A stretch of DNA of 64,000 bases from Octopus sinensis (taxonomy: Eukaryota), in NCBI RefSeq assembly GCF_006345805.1, contig NC_043000.1, forward strand, positions 110,360,001 through 110,424,000, read 5' to 3'. Numbering within the stretch: the first letter of the stretch is position 1; the number at the start of each line of letters is the position of its first letter. The notes beneath the pieces are model-generated. The model had not been told where the DNA came from, did not search any database, and saw only the letters and a program-made list of their open reading frames with translations. The position numbers and the translations under genes are program-made. Positions 27,430-37,427 of this stretch are shown here, piece by piece.

Positions 27430-27684
27430 CTATTGTCACAAGTCCTAGGCCCCATAGGGCCGGTTACCCGATTCCCATGGCGTTGTAAGTGACCGACATC
27501 AAAACATCTCCTCCCGAAAGGGACGGCAGTCTGGAGAAGGATTATACATTTACAGCTGAGGAAACTGGCACAAATTGAACTTCTTTTGATCAAGAACACA
27601 ACGCACCACCTCACCTGGGAATTGAAACAGCGATCATGAGATTATGAGTGTAAACAGCCTAACCTGTAGGCCACGAGTCTTCAC
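27430..27684 (-). mobile_element. SINE family C
   Basis: TTGATCAAGAACACAACGCACCACCTCACCTGGGAATTGAAAC is the reverse complement of the C head and core. Confidence 0.6.
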
Positions 27685-27722
27685 GACCTGTGCAGAATCA
27701 GACTATGATTTTGTAAGCCGTT

Positions 27723-27976
27723 GTGAGGAGGAGGAGGAGGAGAAGAAGAAGAAGAGGAGGAGGAGGAGGAAGAAGAAGAAGAAGAAGAAGAAGAAGAAGA
27801 AAAAGAGGAGGAGGAGAAGAAGAAGAAGGAGAAGGAGGAGGAGAAGAAGAAAAAGAGGAGGAGAAGAAGAGGAGAAGAAAAAGGAGAAGGAGGAGAAGAA
27901 GAAGAGGAGGAGAAGAAGAAGAAGAAGAAGAAGAAGAAGAAGAAGAAGAAGAAGAAGAAGAAGAAGAAGAGAAAGA

Positions 27977-28030
<54 letters not shown>
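27723..28030. repeat. (GAG/GAA)n and (GA)n purine tract
   Basis: Read directly; explains the poly-E/R/K ORFs. Confidence 0.95.
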
Positions 28031-28034
<4 letters not shown>

Positions 28035-28089
28035 AGGATATTGAGAAACAACAGAGCCACTGGTTCAGATGGTTGAAGCATAAAAGCCG

Positions 28090-28416
28090 AAATATTGAAA
28101 CATCAAGGAACAGCTGCTGGCAACAATTAAGTGTCCCAGAAAACCGGCGGCGACGTGGAATGATATTTAAATCGCTGAAGAAAGGAAATACACGAAATTG
28201 TAAGAACAGGTGTGGAGTTATTACGTTGTTGTCTGTCCTGGGCAAGGTTTATTTCTTCTCTTTTTTTCTTTGCAGTGTTCTTCTACGGCGACTTCGACTT
28301 CGTGACACGAGTAAGGGAAGAACAAGTATGTTTTAAACGAAGAAGTGCGTGTGTGTGTGTGTGTGTTTGTGTATGTGTGTGTGTGTGTGTGTGTTAATGT
28401 GTGTGTGTGTGTGTTA

Positions 28417-28455
<39 letters not shown>

Positions 28456-28770
28456 GTGTGTGTGTGTGTGGAGGAGTCGAACTGAGAACAAATCTTCACA
28501 ATACCGTATATCATAGAACAGTGTTTGGAGTTCCAACAGCCATTGCCAATAATATCTATTGACTTCTAAAAGACATTCGACGGCATTCGTCGACCATTTT
28601 GTGCTGTGAAGCACTGCAAAAATAACGTACAAGATTCCGAAGTAAAGCATCGCAATCTTTAGAAGTATTTTAAGTCCAGTTGCTGTGTGACAGAAGAAAA
28701 GGAAAACATCGATGCTTTGATGTTACCACAGGAGTTTGTCTAGGACGTACCCTGTTGCTATTCGTTTATT
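28090..28770 (+). mobile_element. RTE-type reverse transcriptase fragment split by a (TG)n tract
   Basis: CWQQLSVPE...GMIFKSLKKGNTRNCKN...ITLLSVLGKV; VREEQVCF; after (TG)n at 28347-28470, EQIFTIPYIIEQCLEFQQPLPIISIDF*KTFD; DVTTGV. Confidence 0.75.
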
Positions 28771-30492
28771 TACGAAAAAGACAGCAGTTTACGGTAACGA
28801 TTGATAGCATCTAAAGATCAGAAATGACGGTTGGTCAATATAAGAATTTTTCATTCTTAGCAGAATCCGGAGACAGTTCAGAAGAGCTGACTTGTCGCTT
28901 GATGAAGAAAACATAATATAGAGAACTGATAAACTTCGATTGAGATTATTCTTGTAATTGGTAGACAAAATCTTCATTTAGGATGTTTAGAGTGTTTACA
29001 ATCTAAAAACAATAAATCCAACACATTCAAACCGAATGTTTTGGAAAATATTTGACAATGTAGTGTGAGAGTGGATGTTATCTTTAGCTGGAGGACAACT
29101 TCTCTAATATGAACCAATATAAGGGAGACTTGGCTGCTAGAAAGAATAATCTAATCTCTCTCAAATCATACCTTATCATGATATTGTCTTTACAAAGGAA
29201 ATGTCACAAAGGAAGGTGCAGTGATTGATGCATAGTAAGAAAGGGAAGAATGTTTTCGGTTAGAATGCTCTGATTATAGAACCGTTGTTTAAAGGATGAC
29301 AACAACATCAAAGAACAAAAGCGATCAGTATTCAGTTATTCGATAAGCTGAAGCAACGTCTCATTGAGTTAGTGTGTAAGTGGTTGAATATTCCACAGAT
29401 ACGTGTACCTTTAACATAATTCTCAAGCGGACTCAGTGGGACAAGATTTGTAATTCAAAGTCTGGAACTTTGAATTACAAGAACAATTCCACTGCTCACA
29501 GCTTGCGTCGAGTCGCCAACTTGTGATTGGGGAGCGAATTTCTTAACTATTCAGATATGCAGCCCCCTCCCCCAACAAAGATGTAAATATATATATTCTT
29601 AGTGAAATTGGTTACATGTTACCAGTGCCACTGGTAACATGTAATCCGGTACAACCTTCAGCATGGTGAGGCTGTCCGGCGACTAAACCGGCAACCCTAC
29701 TAAGCCTCCTTGGTAAGAAGGGGGATTTTCATTGGATACCCTGCAGAACGAAAAGCAAAAGGGTGAACGAATTCAGTAGAGCCAACATCCCTCCCACAGC
29801 TGGGAGTGAGTGACCCCTTGTCTTTGCTTAAACATCTCTCTAGAAGGAAAACCTTGATATAACACCCGTGACTTCGTCTGCATCCAGTGATGTGTGCTAG
29901 TTCTTCTTTGGCGGAAAACGCATGCGCTGTTTAGCGATTAGGATTATCCCTATCCAAAGCCTTTCTTTACTTAAAAAAACCCCAAAAGCCTCAGGCTCAG
30001 GCTTTGCTCCATTTTAGCATCTCTGTTAGGCCAGGGAACAGAAGAAAGAAGAAGAAAGAAGACATGCACCCAACACCAGAGCTGAAGACACCTCGGAAAG
30101 GGATGGGAGCCGCCACGTCAAAACGGTAGAGGAGAAGGGGCCGAAACCGGACGTGGTTCCTCCTGATGATGTCTTGAGCTGACTGGATCCTATAAAGGAG
30201 CTGTTGTGGTAGCAGACCACGAAACACGATTGTAATTCCTGTATGCTTTGGCTTGCCAAAGTAACTGTTGCAGAAAAAGGCAAAGCACCCAATGAAAAGT
30301 TCTAGAATGGAACGAAGGCGTGTGTAAGCATCAGCAGTAGGTCCCTGAACACCTGCAAGAAGCACCCATCGTTGTCAAATTTGCGCAAAAGAGTCTAGGT
30401 CCCTCAACAGAGTAAAAAGCCAGATCCATGCTGCTCGTACTTAAGAGAACAATCATGCGATAGCAATGCTCGGAATCGAGTTGCAGCCATCA

Positions 30493-30528
<36 letters not shown>

Positions 30529-30850
30529 GTAATTTGTTAATAAATAGACAGACATTTATAAACATATTTAATTGCGTAAATAACTCCACAGATATTTGAA
30601 TATGAACGTAAGAAAATTCAGCCAGTTTGCATTTCTCTGTATAATTTTGGCAGTTTTTGATAAGAAATCAACTTGTTTTGTTTATAACCTGGAATCCTGA
30701 CAATTAACACTTTTCTATGAATAAACTGCGATGACGTAAATAGATCGATCTTCTGAGTGAACGAAGCACAAGTACCTTTGTATGTATGTATGTATGTATG
30801 TATGTATGTATGTATGTATGTATGTATGTATGTACGTATGTATGTATGTA

Positions 30851-30888
<38 letters not shown>

Positions 30889-30944
30889 TGTGTGTGTGTG
30901 TATGAGTGAGTGTTGGTATGCATGTGAGTATGTTTTTTTCCCTC

Positions 30945-31742
30945 TTTCTAGTTTTAGAATAAATTCTGACTGGCCACCCGCTTGCTAGAAAGGTTGAGAA
31001 GGAATGTCTCTTGTTTTGTTCATCTTTCTTTAAATCTTACGAAGGTCTTGCAGATTTTAATAGTCCCAGATATCCTGATCATTTTGTACAGTATGAATTA
31101 AGGATTTGCATCCTCTCCCCAAGAAACTAACCTCATCCATACATTGCTCCGGGTGGGCTGGTACATATCCTGTTGCCTTAATAATGACAGATATGAAACT
31201 GAAGGTGTATCCTGGGTACTGGATTTGCAAACTCCTTATCAGTGGTTCACAGATGTCCTTTTTCTCCTCTATTATTTTTGACCGCATCGGTGTCCAGCGA
31301 GCGGCTACTTTCCACAACAGAGCATATTTTTTTTTTTATGGTCCTACACATAGAATTCTGGCCTAATTTGGTGGCTGTTTTAGTTCCTAAGTTCCGCCAA
31401 CATTCTTCTCCCCCATCGGTCTCAATATAATCAAATTTACTTGCTGAAATTGTCATTTTTTTGCATAAAACTTTCTGTCCATTCGTAGCCTCGTAGGAAT
31501 ATAATATCTACTAGACATTTTCTGGGAGTTGGCATTAATGCGGTTGATGTCTTCGATCTTGGTCTTGCACACCTTACATTTGTCGACTGTTCTCCACCGT
31601 TTAAACTGCGGGTACTTGGTGAAGATCTCTTGTACTTGAATTGCAAGAAGGTAGCCTTCAAAATAAAGTGCCATAAACCTGTCTGTACTCCATGCCAAGC
31701 TTTTCATATGGTCCATTCTTTCTCTGGCTTGCCACGCATTTC
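30945..31742 (-). mobile_element. Decayed RLE-type non-LTR retrotransposon 3' end (R4/Dong-like)
   Basis: EGYLLAIQVQEIFTKY...CKVC(31578-31567)...KMSSRYYIPTR; KKICSVVE; PLIRSLQIQYPGYTFSFISVII.ATGYVP; ISGTIKICKTFVRF. Clade assignment is from memory. Confidence 0.7.
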
Positions 31743-32039
31743 TTATGTATGTATGTATGTATGTATGTATGTATGTATGTATGTATGTATGTATGTATGT
31801 ATGTATGTATGTATTACGTATGTATGTATGTATATGTATGTACTTGAGTCTGTCTGTCTCTGTCTCTCTGTCTCTCTGTCAGTCTGTCTGTATGTATCTA
31901 TTTATATGTATATATGTCAGTATGTATGTATATAATGTATGTATATCTGTATATACGCATGTGTGTGTGTGTGTGGTTATGTATGTAGGTATGTGACTAT
32001 GTATATACGAATATATGTATATGTATATACGTATACTCT

Positions 32040-32399
32040 TACTCTTTTACTTGTTTCAGTCATTTGACTGCGGCCATGCTGGAGCACCACCTCTAATCGA
32101 GCAACTCGACCCCAGGACTTATTCTTTATAAGCCCAGTACTTATTCTATCGGTCTCTTTTGCCGAACCGCTAAGTTACTGGGACATAAACACACCAGCAT
32201 CGGTTGTCAAGCAATGCTAGGGGGACAAACACAGACACAAAAACACACACGCACATATATATATACATATATACGACGGGCTTTAAACGGCCCGAGGCTA
32301 TAGTAGAAGACACTTGCCCAAGGTGCCACGCATTGGGGCTGAACCCGGAACCATGTGGTTGGTAAGCAAGCTACTTACCACACAGCCACTCCTGCGCCT
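32040..32399 (-). mobile_element. SINE family B, young, with internal deletion
   Basis: Complete head AGGCGCAGGAGTGGCTGTGTGGTAAG...GGTTCAGCCCC and complete tail; the segment between GGGCTT and GGCCCGAGG is missing. Confidence 0.9.
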
Positions 32400-32574
32400 G
32401 TGTATATGTATGTGTGTATGTATATATGCATGCGTATGTATATATATATGAATATATGTATATGTGTATACGTATGTATGTATGTATGTATGTATGTATG
32501 TATGTATGTATGTATGTAGGAACACATTTGAATGTATGTATTTATTTCCTTGTTGCTGGCTCTGGAGTAATGGT

Positions 32575-32860
32575 CAGTTGCCATGGCCTTCGGTGGTCAG
32601 CCCTCAGACCATTGAGAATAGTGCTATTAATATTCTTCTTGAATGTTTGTAAGTCAACACCTAGAAGAACGACGTGAGCAGGGATGATATTCCAGGAGGG
32701 GGGGGCATTCAGGGGAAGAAGGACTGGTCATTGGGATTAGTGAAGGGCCTGGAGCAGATTTGGTTGGACATCATCCATGTGTTATGAGAGGAAGAGGGAA
32801 ATGAGTGGACGGGGAATACTCGAGTGGAAGAGGCATCAAGCTCGTCCATATCTGATGAGC
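32575..32860 (-). mobile_element. CR1/Jockey-group LINE 3' remnant
   Basis: Minus strand QSFFP...WNIIPAHVVLLGVDLQTFKKNIN; same region type as 22500-22770. Confidence 0.55.
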
Positions 32861-33116
32861 TATGCATACATACATACATACATACATACATACATACATA
32901 CATACATACATACATACATACATACATACATACATGCATACATACATACATACGTATATGCATGCATAGGTGCATGTATGCATACATACATTCATACATA
33001 CATACGTACATGCATGCATCGCATACAAACATACGCACGTATGTACACACACACACACCCACTCTCTCTCTCTCTCTATCTCACACACACACTCTCTCTC
33101 TCTCTCACACACACAC

Positions 33117-33152
<36 letters not shown>

Positions 33153-33249
33153 ATTTATATACAGACATGGACAAAGATTGGCCTAGGCCACGTCAAACTT
33201 AATAAGCACTACCTGATAGGTATGTCTATCCATGCAGCCATATATATAT

Positions 33250-33328
<79 letters not shown>

Positions 33329-34084
33329 CATACATGTATGTATGTATGTATGTATGTATGTATGTATGTATGTATGTATTTATGTATGTATGTATGTATG
33401 TATGTATGTACGTACGTCCGTACGTACGTATGTATGTATGTATATACATACATATAAAGCACTTTTGTCGATAGTAAACTACATCAAATGTGTTTTATCT
33501 TGCTCTCCTATTAAGAAAAGCTGAGAATAATTTCTTGAGCGTTATTTTTTTTTTGTTTCTTTTTTGTTTCTTTCGTTTTTTTTCCCCCCTGACTTGAAAA
33601 TTGGCAAACATGTCCTCCATTACGTTTGACAATGAAAATTTCCATTAAAAAATATAATATAAAGCAATAAAAATCGGGAAGATTTGATGTGTCGGACGTT
33701 ACTGAAAACGTTAGAACAGCGCTGTTTACTGGTTTATAACACACTTGAAACATGTGTGTGGTCTGTTTTCTGAATACTTTTTTCAAACGTTCCACATTCT
33801 TACTTTCAAAGAAGTTAATATAATTTCTGTTTACCAACATCACACTGACAAAACGTTTCAGAGAAATCTGGTCAGCAGATACAAGACACTTTCAAAGTCG
33901 CTTTTCTCGTCTTTTTTTTTTTTCATTTCTTCTACTTCTGTTTGCTTGTTGTGGTTGTTGTTATTTTTGCTGTAATTCCTTTCTTTCTTTCTTTCTTTCT
34001 TTCTCCTCTGTAGTCTTCACCACCACCACCACCACCACCATTATCAATGTTCTTTTGTCTCTTTTGTCTTTCACCACCTCTTCA

Positions 34085-34148
<64 letters not shown>

Positions 34149-34370
34149 CATATGTCCATCTGTCTTTCCTTCCTTCCTTCTATGTCCATGTCCACTATTC
34201 CTGGGAGGGTCGTGGAGGGAGAGTCCTCAGGCACCTCCTCCAAAGGACTCTGTCTGAAGCAACCGTTATTTCACTTACCAAGCGTTGTTCCCTCCTGGAC
34301 TCTCTTCAGGGTCCTGGAACACACATCCTTTGTGCTCTTATCACGTCTCCCAAAATAAGTTGTTAGTTTA
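34085..34370 (-). mobile_element. Probable RTE LINE 3' end with (AGT)n tail
   Basis: Minus strand EITVASDRVLWRRCLRTLPPRPSQE* followed by a short UTR and (AGT)n at 34085-34148. Confidence 0.5.
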
Positions 34371-35921
34371 TCGCTGGTTGTAGCGACACTGCGTGGAGGT
34401 TAACAAAGCTTTCGAACGGCCATCCCTGCCTAAGAACCGAATGTGTCTCTTGCTGTTCCGCGAGTCTGACGATGCGGCCTGGTTCTTCTTTCGAGCCTTT
34501 TTCATGTTGCAGTTTTTGGTGGTCTTATTCGCGCCAGACACCAACAGGTATTTGTATTACACTCGCGAACTGCACACAGTTTCCATCCATCCAATTCCAC
34601 ACAAATCTTATGATTGCAAAGCGAAATTTCAACCACTCACTCAAACCTTTGGAGTACGAGGTGAATGGATGAAATCAACCCTAGTACTTAATTAACTCGT
34701 TATTTTTATCCAAACCCCAGCAAAGTCGATCTTGGTGTGATTTGAATTCAAAAGATAAAGACCTGAAACCGCATGTCATTTTATCTGAAACTCAAAAAAT
34801 TTTCTTAGTCCACCGCCCCGTGGGCAGACGATCGATATTGAAGTTAAAATTGTGGTGAAAATTTGAACTGATACTCTGACATTTTTCATAGATCTTGTTG
34901 AAAATATTTCACTTAAAAATTGTTAGTAGTACTAGAGCAAGGCATGGATACTCTCCTTCCAATGAGCCTTTAACTAACAAAAGGGCTTCAGTACTTAGTT
35001 AAATAATAAATCAATTATAACGAGTGACCCAGGTTTTGTTTATTTGATTTTTCTATTGTTGCCAATTATTAAAGCTTTCAGTGATTGTGACAAGCAGTTT
35101 GACTCGACGTTGGGTGTTTTTAGAAGGAATGACAGCTATGTAGGATCCGATTAAAGATATGAGGAAGGGAAGGAGAAGAGAAGGAGAAGCGAGCAGATGG
35201 ACGGCGAGGTAATGGCTTTAAAGCTGTCAATAACGGGCGCATACGTATTCACATACGCAACGCGTATTCACATACAACATACCATACACACACATGCATT
35301 CATTGAAATGAATAGAGAAAGACAATGAGTTGTGGGAAGAGGTATGTAGATAGGTAGATATGTGTGTAGCTGGGTAGGGAAGGAGGTAGGTACCCCAAAC
35401 TATTTCATGGCAGTATTTATAATGAACTGAATAGCAATTGTTGACAGATGTTGTGTGGCACCTGCCGTTTCATGACGCTTCACTGACTCCAGTAATGCAT
35501 ATCCGCGCTGCCCCCCTATCCACCCTCACGATCATTTTTCACCTTTGTGTTGGCTGATTACTTGAGATAGTTACCTGACATTGTCCTTCAATTTCTGACT
35601 AACTTTTTCATGGCTGCTAATAAATAACTACGATCGTTTAATACAGTTGGATATTTCGATATTCCTCTGACTTGGCTGCAGACAACGGCTTTGTGTGCGT
35701 GTGTGTGGTGTGGTGGTGGTGGTTGCGGCGGTGGTGGTGGTGGTTGCGGCGGTGGTGTGTGTGTGTGTCTGCGTGTGTGCGTGAGGCTATGTACGTGTGT
35801 GTATGTGTACTGTTAAATGTATGACTGCAAATGTTGCGCTTAGTGCTCCATGTACAATATTATCCAGTCAACTTCTAATAAAGTGATGTTGTTACTAATC
35901 TACTCAACGGTATTACTGGTT

Positions 35922-36516
35922 GCGAGCTGGCAGAAACGTTAGCACGCCGGGCGAAATGCTTTGCGGTATTTCGTCTGCCGTTACGTTATGAGTTCAAATT
36001 CCACCGAGGTCGACTTTGCCTTTCATCCTTTCGGGGTCGATAAATAAAGTACCAGTTACGCACTGGGGTCGATGTAATCGACTTAATACCTATGTCTTTC
36101 CTTGTTTGTCCCCTCTGTGTTTAGCCCCTTGTGGGTAATAAAGAAATAGGTATTTCGTCTGCCGCTACGTTGTGGGTTCAAATTCCGCAGAGGTCGACTT
36201 TGCCTTTCATCCTTTCGGGGTCGATTAAATAAGTACCAGTTACGCACTGGGGTCGATGTAATCGACTTAATCCGTTTGTCTATCCTTGTTTGTTCCCTGT
36301 GTGTTTAGCCCCTTGTGGGTAGTAAAGAAATAGGTATTTCGTCTGCCGCTACGTTGTGGGTTCAAATTCCGCAGAGGTCGACTTTGTCTTTCATCCTTTC
36401 GGGATCGATTAAATAAGTACCAGTTACGCACTGGGGTCGATGTAATCGACTTAATCCGTTTGTCTATCCTTGTTTGTCCCCTCCGTGTTTAGCCCCTTGT
36501 GGGTAGTAAAGAAATA
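35922..36516 (+). mobile_element. SINE-A tandem array: one head plus three 184-bp units, 17-bp TSD
   Basis: Units start at GGTATT 35965, 36149 and 36333; GGTATTACTGGTTGCGA at 35909-35925 and 36517-36533. Confidence 0.92.
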
Positions 36517-37047
36517 GGTATTACTGGTTGCGATACACAGAGCGGAATGTAGGAGAAATTAGTGTAATTCTTTTATGGAGTCGAAAGAATAAGTATCAGT
36601 TTAGCACTAGTGTCGATGCAACCGACAAGGCTCACCAAACGTGTGGTCGTGTGACTATAGTAGAACGAATTATTTTTGAATTTATCAAGAAAAAAAAAAA
36701 CGAAAAAGGAAAAAAAAAAACAAAAACAAAAAACAAACAAAAAAAGCTCGTTGGAAATGTGGGATTTTTGTTTGTAAGACATCTTTGAAATACTGAAAAT
36801 ATTGTTGGTACAATTTGAAGAAACTTTCTGTGGTGACTTTTCTCTCTGTTTTCAATGAAATAACAACTATAAAATCAACTGAAACAATTCCATTCAAAAA
36901 TTTAGACGAGGCGCTGAAATATTAATGGATGTCAAAAGACATTGTATAGTGTAACACGATTTTTGTCCTTGGATTGCAACTGTTATTTTCGATTTGCTGA
37001 CCCATAGGATATTTCCTCCAAACTTTGCTGTTGTATATATAAATGAA

Positions 37048-37210
37048 GGGCACTTCTTTTCAGTTTCCGTCTACCAAATCCACTCACAAGGCTTTGGTCA
37101 GCGCGAGGCTATAGTAGAAGACACTCGCCCAAGGTGCCACACAGTGGGACTGAATCTAGAACCATGTGGTTGGGAAGCAAGTTTCTTTCCACACAGCCAC
37201 TCCTGCGCCT
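37048..37210 (-). mobile_element. SINE family B head half
   Basis: CTTTCAGTTTCCGTC...CACAGCCACTCCTGCGCCT. Confidence 0.85.
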
Positions 37211-37273
37211 ATATATATATATATATATATTATATATATTATATATATATATATATAATATATAATATATATT

Positions 37274-37327
<54 letters not shown>

Positions 37328-37427
37328 NNNNNNNNNNNNNNNNNNNNNNNNNNNNNNNNNNNNNNNNNNNNNNNNNNNNNNNNNNNNNNNNNNNNNNNNN
37401 NNNNNNNNNNNNNNNNNNNNNNNNNNN
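37328..37427. other. Assembly gap (100 N)
   Basis: Exactly 100 Ns, the usual placeholder for a gap of unknown size. Confidence 0.99.

Noticed and set aside
26937-28770. Twin-priming inversion linking the minus and plus RTE fragments
   Set aside because: The order is compatible, but about 1 kb of unrelated repeats intervenes and I found no TSD or evidence of a single element.
34463-34547. Plus-strand hydrophobic exon candidate ending CAG|GTATTT
   Set aside because: The acceptor is weak, it is adjacent to retroelement remains, and it is not phase-compatible with the 47.2 kb candidate.
35965-36516. CRISPR array or hammerhead retrozyme interpretation of the 184-bp units
   Set aside because: There are no unique spacers, and neither strand has a CUGANGA/GAAA core.
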